Assembly (NCBI GenBank): GCA_963665665.1
Contig: OY762428.1
Location: 3,616,001 to 3,680,000, forward strand
Direction: 5' to 3'
DNA from: Candidatus Kapaibacterium sp.
Lineage (GTDB): Bacteria; Bacteroidota; Ignavibacteria; Kapaibacteriales; UBA2268
Length of the DNA: 64,000 bases
Shown in pieces: positions 29,901 through 40,100 of the stretch. Within the stretch, counting starts at the first letter, position 1; every line of letters begins with the position of its first letter. The notes beneath the pieces were generated by a model. The model searched no databases. It was given only the letters and a program-made list of their open reading frames with translations, and was not told the DNA's origin. A program made the position numbers and the translations under genes.

Positions 29901-31166
29901 TATTATGATAATTCAAGTGATGAACTCAGGGTATATACCGGTTCATCCTGGGAATCTGTAAGTACAGGCAGTGGCGGTGGTAGTACGGTATGGAGTGAGA
30001 ATGGTTCTGATATATATTATAATTCCGGTAATGTCGGGATTGGTATAAATCCACCCACAGCAACTTTAGATGTTGACGGAAGCGCAATATTCAATGAGAG
30101 CGGTACGGACGTAGATTTTCGTGTGGAATCTGATAATCTTACTCACATGTTTTTTGTTGATGGTGAAGGAGACCAGATCGGGATAGGTACATCAAACCCT
30201 ACTTCAACAGTTACTCTTGATATAATTGGTAATACAAGAATTGAAGGTGACCTGGAAGTAACCGGCGAGATTGATCCTGTTTCAATAACATTACAACCAC
30301 AGGCAGTTGCTCCAACAGGAGTAGAAGGGAAAGTTTATTACGATGCTACCAGCAGTGAATTGAAAGTTCATACAGGGTCTTCTTATGAGACTATTGCTAC
30401 CGGCTCAGGCGGCGGCGGTGGTGTGGGTGGAAGCGGAATAGCAAATCAGATTGCTTTCTGGTCTGACGGATCGACTATAACGTCAGAAAATGGTTCCGCA
30501 GGTTCTATGTACTGGGATGATACCAACAAGAGACTGGGAATCGGCAGAACTTCAACAACTAATACTCTTGAAGTATCGGATAATATCGGTATTTGGGGTA
30601 CAACGCCAACATTGAATTTAAACACGGATGCCAATAATTATTATAAAATAACTTTAGAATCAGGCGATCTTAATATTGATCAGGAAATACCCTCCGGAAA
30701 CACGGGTGGTAGTATTAATTTCAGGGATGATGCTGATAATATTGTTGCCGAAGTTGACCTCGAAAATCAGAATGTTCATATCCCTAACGGTAAGCTTGCC
30801 GTGGGCCACGATTCACCTGATGTGACTCTGGATGTTGACGGCGGGTTGGTTCTCCGGTCTATGGAAGTTACAATCTCGTCGAGTCCTCAGACAATAACAG
30901 TAGGAGATAATTCTTTTATTGTATGTACTCCCACAAGTGGAAATATGACGATTGTTTTAGGTGATGGAGTAAGGGTTGGTCAGATTTTATATCTAACTTC
31001 TACTACCACGAGTGTTAATATAACTACTGGTTCAAACGTAAAGAGAGTTTTAGATCCTAATAATGGAAATCCACTATCCTTTGTCTTAGATGCTAATGAT
31101 ATTTTACATTTGATTTGGAATGGTAACGACTGGCTTGAAGTTTCAAGGTCAAAAAATGAAAATTAA
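26940..31166 (+). CDS. Large secreted fibre-like (phage tail-fibre-like, probably trimeric) adhesin
   Basis: Signal peptide ending ALA-Q; N-terminal VGIGTTSP..ALLDV...GFLIPRMT domain; GTYG..TVDxKGRLT repeats; VGIG repeats; C-terminal L.WNG..W.EVSR domain; no T9SS CTD. Confidence 0.8.
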   Translation: MRTLLRHEIDSKKILIFLIAFIVFASPALAQTENVGIGTTSPDNSALLDVDVSSMATKRGFLIPRMTTAERNSITSPATGLVVYNTDNGRFEYNNNTPAAPNWVGLISSEATVPFNLITAGTNSGQALLIGDGSTLGPTGTGTITANIFTGTGSTSDMVDLATGEVSGVLPIANGGTNSSAALINDQLMISSGGAIVEAGAMTDGQLVIGSSGAAPVVTTLTEGANISITNAPGSITIASDLPALNSAEIWIGDASSQAVSQSIGGDAGLALDGTLTLATTAVSPGTYGNATQVATFTVDTKGRLTAAGNQDISGVSPVGSALNQTQVWIGDASNQAAAQTIGGDATIAANGDLTLATTAVSAGSYGNATQVATFTVDTKGRLTAAGNQDISGVSPVGSALNQTQVWIGDASNQAAAQTIGGDATIAANGDLTLATTSVSAGTYGNATQVATFTVDTKGRLTAAGNQDISGVSPVGSALNQAQVWIGDASNQAAAQTIGGDATIAANGDLTLEPSGVTAAIYGDGLSVPQLTVNAKGLLTSVTNTTITSNSSTSAGIVASGAGQANQIWKTDATGNPAWRDDATGITSITAGTGLDGGTITTTGTIDLANTTVTPGSYGSATEVATFTVDAQGRLTAAANTTISGVAPGGAAGGDLSGSYPNPDIAAGVIINADINNSAEIDVSKLAEGGTTGELIRTNGTDVEWWSPDFPTGSGAANQVTYWSGVGTITSSANYTYDGSDLGLTGNAGITGDLDVTGTIGIINGTGGENTFTTIAGQSAVINYNLPSALPVSTGFLQSNSTGQLSWVDFTFPTGTEGQTVRFDNAGQMEASSAIYNDGSNIGMGLTSAIGSRLVVKGSGNTIATSALNVTNNADNSLLFVRDDGKVGIGNNTPGALLDVDGSAIFNESGTDVDFRVESDNLTHMFFVDGEGDQIGIGTSNPTSTVTLDIIGNTRIEGDLEVTGEIDPVSVIYQPQATAPAALKGKLYYDNSSDELRVYTGSSWESVSTGSGGGSTVWSENGSDIYYNSGNVGIGINPPTATLDVDGSAIFNESGTDVDFRVESDNLTHMFFVDGEGDQIGIGTSNPTSTVTLDIIGNTRIEGDLEVTGEIDPVSITLQPQAVAPTGVEGKVYYDATSSELKVHTGSSYETIATGSGGGGGVGGSGIANQIAFWSDGSTITSENGSAGSMYWDDTNKRLGIGRTSTTNTLEVSDNIGIWGTTPTLNLNTDANNYYKITLESGDLNIDQEIPSGNTGGSINFRDDADNIVAEVDLENQNVHIPNGKLAVGHDSPDVTLDVDGGLVLRSMEVTISSSPQTITVGDNSFIVCTPTSGNMTIVLGDGVRVGQILYLTSTTTSVNITTGSNVKRVLDPNNGNPLSFVLDANDILHLIWNGNDWLEVSRSKNEN
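27670..28480 (+). repeat. ~3.5 near-identical 234-bp (78-aa) intragenic tandem repeats
   Basis: tatggtaacgccacgcaggt recurs at 27801, 28035 and 28269. Confidence 0.95.
29634..30279 (+). repeat. Intragenic ~210-bp near-identical duplication (29634-29844 and 30069-30279)
   Basis: DVDGSAIFNESGTDVDFRVESDN...GEIDPV occurs twice, offset by 435 bp. Confidence 0.95.
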
Positions 31167-31169
31167 AAT

Positions 31170-34100
31170 ATGAAAATAGTAAACAGATATACAAAATTAT
31201 ATATAATTCTTTCTGCTCTAATCCTACTTTTTACTGTTAAGTCGGAAGGGCAGATAATAACTTTAAGCCCAAATGCAACAGTATCTTTAAAAGACGGATC
31301 TGTTTTGCAGGTAAACGGCGGGTTGGAAATATCTTCTTCTGCCGGTCTAAGCCAGACCGGAAGCGGTAACATATATATCAGCGGTGACTGGACTAATAAC
31401 GGTGGTACTTTTACACCCGGCTCGGGAACCGTTACATTTCTGGGGAGCTCCAATGCTTCGATAAACGGAACTTCTCTTACGGAATTTTATTTTCTTCATA
31501 TTTTGAAAAACGGTGTTGCCGGCAGTGATATTCTAACTCTTATTCAGAATATTCAGGTTAATGATGATTTATTAGGTGAAGATGGTATTTTCAGAATTAA
31601 TAACGGGGCCGTCAGGAGTATTGAAATTTTCGGCGACCTGATTATCAATTCTGACGGAACTTTCGATCTTGCTTCAACAGGTTCTGCAACTCATAATCTT
31701 GATTTGCACGGAGATGTTAATAATTCAGGTATAATTGACTTGTTAGGTTCATCATCTGTAATAACTTCTTTTGTTGGTGTCGGTAATGCTGATGTATTCG
31801 GTAGCGGTCCAACTACTGAATTTTCAAGGATAACTCTTTCAAAAACAAACCCATCTGATATTGTTCATATCTATCCGGATAATTTCAATACTCAGGATCA
31901 GTTTCTGGTTCTGAATACAGGTGTTCTCAGATTTGGCGGAACATACAGCCTTACCAAATCATTTTTCTATTCTTATGCAAGTACTCCGCAAATACCTTCG
32001 AATGTAGATCTTTGGATTGATAATCCAAATGTGACAGTAACAGGGCAGAGCGGAGACCTGGAAATTCAGGGAGGATTAAGGCTTAGTAATGGTACTGTTA
32101 ATGTAGGCCTTGCATCTGAAACTGCAGGAGGGCTGATATATTCCAATGGAACAGGTACTCCTTCACTAACTGTTGAGAACGGTTATCTGAATATCAACTC
32201 TGAGTTAGCTAAATCAGCTGTGGCTTCGACTATCGATTTTAACCAGTCCGGCGGTGAAATAAATATTGGTGTTCGTGGATACCTGAATACCACTCATGGT
32301 ATGTTTGATATCAGTTCGGTCGGATCGGAATTTATCTGGACCGGCGGTATTATTGAGTTAAACAGGACTAACCGCAGCGTTACTTTTACAGACGGTGATT
32401 ATATTGTTGGTGCTTCAAGCGGAACCGTAACAGGTGGTACATTGAGGATTGATGCACAGGAATCCGGAAACAGGGTATACGAAATTAACACTACCCAGCC
32501 TGTCAATGAAATTTTTATGACCGGAACAAATGACCCTGTCGCACAGATAATTAATACCGACCTTACAATTCTTGATGACCTGACTATTGATGGTTCAGGT
32601 GCTGGAAGATTTGATGCAAATGATTATAATATTAATATCGGCGGTGACTGGTTTAATAATGCCAGTACATCATTTACTGCATTTGCTGCCGGCAGCGGAA
32701 CAGTTACATTCGACGGCTCGGCTGATCAGCTAATAGGCGGGACAAGGTCAACAACTTACAATCATGTTACCGTAAATAAGTCTGCCGGTGATGTTATTCT
32801 ATCCAATACCGACAGGGAAACTTTTATTGAAGGAACTTTGAAACTTGATCCCGGTAGCAGCGGCCTTGCTGTTATTGATTTGAACCAACGCGATCTGATA
32901 ATGGGAGAAAGTGCTTCTTATGTTTCGAATTCAGGCACAAGTGTATTTAACTTTGATACTACAAAATATATTAAAAATTCTGAAAGTGGCGGAAATTATA
33001 ATGGGCGTCTGATAAAACAAACAACTTCAGGAATAACTGCTCGAACAGAAATGATGTTTCCCGTTGGTACAGATACTGTTTATTCACCTGCTGAGATTGT
33101 TTACCTTGCAGGGCAGGCAACTTTCGGAGCTGATGCTTATACTGCTTGTAAAGTGATTCCGATTGAGCATCCCCGGGTTGAGGAACCTGATATTTCCTTG
33201 ATGAGATACTGGCAGATGGCCACGAATGATATTACGCTTGATTCAGATCTTGACGGTGATGTAGATGTAATTTTTCATTATGTAGGTACTGATGTTGCAG
33301 GTAACGAAGGTGAATACAGGGTATTGTTCTTCTCGCCAAGTTATCCTGATCCGCTTGGATTCTGGACTGTGGATCCGGGCGGTATAGGTAATGATATTGT
33401 TGACTTTAATAACAGGATGTTTTATTCTCTTGCCGTTAAAAAGGTAGATGGTGACTGGCTTTGTGGCGAGGAAGATGCTGCCCAGGCTACATATTTTAGT
33501 CGTCAGAACGGTGATTACAATGATCCTGATACATGGTCAAAAATTACTTTTGGCGGAGCTGCTTCTTCAACTGCCCCGAATAAAGCATCGGACAGGGTTT
33601 TGATTGCTGATAATGATACGGTTACTGTTACTGCTAATCCTGCAGAAGTAGATGTTTGTGCCGTGATGGAAGACGGTACATTAAAAATTGCCGGTGATTA
33701 TGTCTTTACGGGAGATACACTAAGGGTAGATGCTAACGGAAGCCTGATAATCGGAAACTCTGATGGTGTTTATCTTTCACCGACTGCACAGGGTTGTGTG
33801 CAGACTGATTTCAGGATATTTAATTCGAATGTTATTTATACATTTATAGATGCTCCTGTGACAAAGTCCGGAACCGGTAATGCTCTGCCAACCCAGTTGC
33901 GTTCCATTGTTGTGGATAAATCTTCCGGCGATACACTTTTGCTTGAGAAACAGTTTGCCATTACCGATTCACTTGTGTTGATAGACGGAGCACTGGATGT
34001 TGGTTCATATTCCATCAACGGCAACAGTGCCGGAAGAACATTTTCAATGTATGACGGTGAACTAATCATAAGGAATCAGTATCCTACAAACTATCTGGAT

Positions 34101-37100
34101 AATACTTTTACAGCCGGAAGAATTACATTTGACGGTACGGGTAATGCTACAATTCCCAGTTCCGGCTCAACTCCGGGTGTTGATCAGTATTATGACCTGA
34201 AAATAAGCGGCCAGAGGGATTCAACAGTTATTACCTTCCAGTCTGCCGGGCAGATAAATATTATTAATGATTTTGATATTTCCACGATTGTATTTACCGG
34301 CGGCTTGTCTGAAAGATTTCAGACTGACGGATCGACAGTGAACTTTGCCAAATCAGGAGGAGTACAGGATATACAATGTCGTCCTGCATCGCCACCGGAT
34401 TCTATAGTAAACCTTGAATATTTTAATTTACTGATTACAGGCACCGGAACAAAGCAATTATACACAGCAGCCGGAACTCCGACATTTGTGGTTAGAAATG
34501 ACCTGACATTATCCAGTTCTACATTTTCTTCGAATGGCTATAATCTTGAAGTAAACGGTGACTGGGTTAATACCGGATCTTTATTCGATCCCGGAACTGA
34601 CGGAGTAATAATGCGTTCACCGGTATTCAGCCTGACAAATACAATTTCAAGCAGAGATACTTCGGAAAATCCATTTTATAATTTATTGATTGGCGGCGAA
34701 GGAATTGTAGAGCCGAACGATGACCTGTATGTTATGAATGATTTTGCGATAGAAGCAAATTCTAATTTCTCGCTTTCGACTACTACTTTCACACTTGAAG
34801 GAGACTGGACGAATTACGGCGGATCATTCAGTTCCGCTTCTTTTTCGACAGTTCATTTTAATGGCAGCTCTACTCAGAATATGACGAAATCTGATGCCGG
34901 AAATGAAGAATTCTGGGATGTATTTATTTCTAATCCGAATCATGTTGATGCTACAGGTATTGGCACAAGCAGTGATAACGGGTTTGTAATCAATAATTAT
35001 ATCGAGCTGGATGGTGGTAATCTTATTACACGTGGCCGCCATGCAACATCCTATGGCGCTATTGGCCGGCCGGGCGCAAATCCGGGACACATAGACGGTG
35101 AATTAAGAAAAATCATGGATACTGCTACGACCTCGGAAATATTTGAAGTTGGCTATGGCAGTCAGTACACTCCTGCCAGGCTCTCTTTTAACGGCAGTGG
35201 CGGATCTTCAGGTCTTGTTGGTGTTGCCAGTGATACTATAACTACAGCTACTTCACCAATCAGCTGGGATAATCTGAATCCTGATAATATTCTTCCTGCC
35301 GGCAGTGAGATGAGCCTTGACAAACATGTTGCAAGGCAATGGACTTTATCGAATCCGGGGGGAATATTCGCAATTGGTTCTAACAGAAATTATGATTTCA
35401 CAGGCTATTTTATTAATCCCGGCGACTTTCGTAATGGAGCTGATCCGGATTATTTTGAACTAAGGCTTTGGAACGGTTCTGTATGGACAGCTCCCGACAG
35501 GTTTGCTAACCCGCTTACCGGAACAAGGAACAGTGATAACTCTACATACAGAATGCTTGAAGAATTCGGTACTATCATTCTCGGAGAACCCGACAAATAC
35601 TCCTTCTACAGCATATATGATGCAAATTGGGGAGTAAATACCAGTTGGTCAACACAGTCATACGGTGGCCCTGCAAGTGATATTCCTCCCAATACTGATT
35701 GTAAGGTATATATTGGTGATTCTAAAGTAATTACTATGGAGGCCAATAAAACCAATAATGGTATAGTTACTATTGATACAAGTGGTACATTACTTTGTGA
35801 AACTTATGTGCTTAGCGGCGGCGTTGGAAGCGAATTTATTCTCGGCAGGGAAGGGGCACTTGGTATTGGAAGCGCCGATGGTATCAGGGCAAGCGGTGCT
35901 TTTGGTAATATACAGACTGATTCCAGAGATTTCAATGAAAATACTCACAACCGTGGCCACTTTATTTATACTTCCGGTTTGAACCAGACTCAGGCCGATG
36001 AGGCTCTTCCTATAACCATAGCTACTCTTCGGGTTAATAAAACTTCGAATACAGTAACCAATAACAGGTCTGCTATAATTATTACAGACAGTCTTCATCT
36101 TGAGAATGGTACTTATGAAGCCGGAGCCAATATAAGCCTGCTTGGTAATTTTTACAGGGAAGATGGTTCAACTTTCGATCCGTCAACAAATTCGTTTACC
36201 GTTGAAGGAACAAGCGGCCAATTTTTCACAAACAGTTCCACATCCCTGACGATAGATTTTTATAATCTTCAGATTGAAAAAGAAGCTGGCGAAGGCATCC
36301 TGACATTAAATGATAATACCCCGATAAAAATTGAAAATAATCTTTTATTTGCTCCTGCGAATGAATCAATAATTGACGGTCAGGGGCATTCCTGGAACTA
36401 TGTTGAATTGCCTAATGGCGCTACATTGACCAGGGCTGGTAGTGGCCATATATTTGGTGAATTAAGAAAATATATTCCTGCGGGAAATACCAGTGATATT
36501 GATTTTGAAGTTGGCGATACAACTTTCTTTACTCCGCTTCGATTTAATTTCGACGATACCGGAGGTACTGCCGGTCTGATCGGCGTTAATAGTATTCAGG
36601 GGGCGCATCCGAACATGACTGATACCGACTGCCCGATTGATCCTGCAAGATATATACCAAGATATTGGAGAACCACCCGGCCAGGCGGTTCCGGCTTTGC
36701 CGTTGGAACAAGATCGTACACTCTCAGGTCAACATTCATTGATCCGGACGATCTGGGTACAATTGACCATCCGACATGTACTGAAACCGGATACTGGCGT
36801 GGAACAACAGAAAGCTGGCAGGCTTTGAGGCCGAATACAACAAACGGCAATTTTGCTTATGCTTGTAGCGATACAAGGTTTATACTTGGTGATATCGATT
36901 ATGATGGCAGCATGACGACAAACCTGGCAAACGATATTCCTTCTGATTCTACGCTGGGTTCAACATATACATTTGCAGACGGTTCCCTTCTTTTAGCAGA
37001 TTACGTAGTCGGAAACCAGAATTCAGGCAGAACTACAATATTTTATAGCCGCCAGGACGGAGACTGGACAGATCCCAATACCTGGTCGGAAGATAGTTAT

Positions 37101-40100
37101 ATCGGCACTGCATCCAGCAGGTATCCCATAACACAGTATGATGTTGCTTATATCGGAAATAACCGCTACGTTGATCTTGATGCAAATCTTGGTACCAATT
37201 ATCTTTATTCAGGTGTATCTAATGATTATTTTGGTCCGGCTATAAATGTTGAAAATACCGGGGAACTTTATCTTCACAATCATGTAATACGCGGAGTAGG
37301 TTTTACAGCAAAGAAGGGATCGAAAGTTGTTATTGGCTCAAGGGACGGCATTACTCTGAGTAATACTCGCGGCAATATAATGTCTCTTACAAGGACTTTC
37401 GAAGACAGTATTAATGTTGTGTATACTGCCGAGGGTTATACCCCAAGGTGCAAGTATGGCGATCAAACTGGCAGAAACACTCAGTATTATGATGTCAGGG
37501 ACTGGTATGCCGATAGTAGATATACTGAAAGAGTTACAATGCAGGATGCCAGTTCGGATACAATAATGGATAACCAGAGCGGTTCTGATTTCAGGACGAG
37601 AGGGTATTTCTATTTTGCTGATATTACCGCAACAGTTACTTCGGGTAGCCAATATAGATTTTTCCTTGAGCCGGATGACAATGGATCAAGAAGGTGGAAA
37701 ATTTATGTTGACTGGAACTATGATGGTGATTTTTCTGATTCGAATGAAGAATGGTATGATTCCTACGGTAGCGGGACAAGAAATACGGGATTGCTTACTG
37801 TACCGGCAAGTACTAATCCGGGAGTAACCCGGATTAGAGTTATGAACCGTTATGGATCCAGTGACTATAACTGGTACAGCAGGAGTTTAACTGGAGAAGT
37901 TGAAGATTATACTCTTGTTATTATTAATAACACTCCTGCCATTACACAGGTAACAGGAGACAATTTACCTGATGACTTGTGGTCATTCGAAGCCCGTGCT
38001 GTAAGAACAGCCGGTGGTACAATCGAACTTGGAAATGATCTGCGTATAAGAGATTCTTTGTTATTAACCAGTGGCGTCTTTACAGTGAACGGCCATGATA
38101 TTTCACTTCAGGGTGATTTTATAAATGACTCAACAAATAATTTTATTCATGACAGCCAGACTATAACTTTCTATGGTTCTGATAATGACACAATCAGGGG
38201 AACAAATCCTACCGATTTCTATAATATAGTAATTGATAAAGACAGTGCTGATGTTGTTCTTACTCATTCAACACCTGATACTGATTTTTACACTACAATT
38301 GAAAATAATCTTACTTTTGATTCTGATACTGATTTTTATCTTTCAAATAGTTCTACTATTACTTTATTGTCATCATCGAATTTGAATGCCGGTTCCGGCA
38401 GTTTTGGCAGATACAGGAAATTTGAAGTAAGCGGCGATACTGATGCAGGAATCATTGAAAAACAATTTACAACTGCCGCAGGAGCCAAGGCTTTTGTATT
38501 CCCGGTAGGAATAGATACATTATATAATCCTGCCGACCTGACTTTAACGGGTTCTTATAGCGGAACTCCCACAATAAACCTTCAGCTCCATTACGGACTT
38601 CACCCGGCAAGGCTTGATGACAACATGCTTTTGAAATACTGGACCGTTGACCTTGAAGATATCAGCTCTATCACAGCTAATGATTTTAAGTTTTACTGGG
38701 AAGATTTGGATACTAATGGTGTTAAGGATGATTATATTCCTGCACTTCATTATTCAGGTGGATGGGAAATAAATCTTGGTATCGGCCCCAAAGCACTACC
38801 TTCGCCAATTGAAATAACAAACAGTCCGCTATTTGAAGGAGACTGGACTGCCGGCGATGCTAACGGTTTCTTTAATGGCCGACCCTTCTATTCCATAAAT
38901 ACAGGCGACTGGGATGTTCCTTCAAACTGGTCAAATATTAGTCATGTCGGCCCCCCTTCTTCATATTATCCCAATCAGCTCTATGATCATGATTCTGTTT
39001 ATGTTGACGGTTATACTATTACTTTCAATGTTGATAGTTCTCTTGTTGACCTTGTTGATGTAGGTGGTACATTTGGCACAAATGGTGAACTTACTTTCGG
39101 TAGCAGCCCAACGGAGAAAAAACTTACGTCAAGTTCTACATTTACTGTATATGAAGATGGCATATTGAATGGCACTACCGGTAGTAACAGAATAGATACT
39201 CTTGTGCTTCACGGAGATTTTTATAATTATGCGCAGTCTGCTTCCTCGGGTATAGTTGAACTTTATTCCGGCGCTAATGACTATACAGTATTGAAATTTG
39301 ATTCTCCTGATTCTGTGTCCGCTTCTGGCAATACATACATTGGTGGTGAAGGAGTATGGGGAGACATCGGTTCATATATTCTTGATAAGAATGGCGGGCT
39401 TGCCGATACTCTTATTGTCAATTCGGGTACGTTTGCCGATGCTACAGTTGCTTCGCCAGGTGACCTTGTTTACTACCCGGAACAGGGTGTTTTAAAGCTT
39501 AATGTAAATAATACATTGTCTGTAAGTAACGGAAATAACCCCGTACAAATGTCTCCTTTCACCGGTTTTGATGTTGCGGCAGGTGTAGTATCTTCATCAT
39601 CAACCCTGACAACCGATGTTAACACAACTATTCATGTTGACGGTGGTGATTTCCTTGTTGGTGATGCTGCCGGAGAATCCCTAATCTATAAAACCGGGAC
39701 ACATTTTGAACTTATCGACGGGACGCTTGATATTGCCGGCGCTTTCAAGAAATTTAATACCAATTCCCTTATAGATTTTTCCATGACATCAGTTGGTGCG
39801 GTCCGGGTTCTTAACCAGGGAGTATTGAGTTCTTCCGAGATTGGATTTGATATAACAAACGCATCATCATCATTTTCTATGGATGGCGGAAGGATAATTA
39901 TTGCCAATGGTACTGTTGGCGCTAATGCCGACTTTGAAGTTAATGCCCAGAACGGCACTGGTATGCTCGGTGGAGAAATTCAATCCGGCGACGGCACAAC
40001 TCCCGGCGCAGCGATAATAAAAATTGCAGGATCAATGCCCGTTTGGGACCTTCACGCCGTTGGAAATGCAAGTACAGATGTTGTAACCCAGATCACTGAA

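Noticed and set aside
26940-31166. Prophage tail-fibre gene
   Set aside because: It has a Sec signal peptide and a Bacteroidota-type N-terminal domain, and there are no phage genes nearby.
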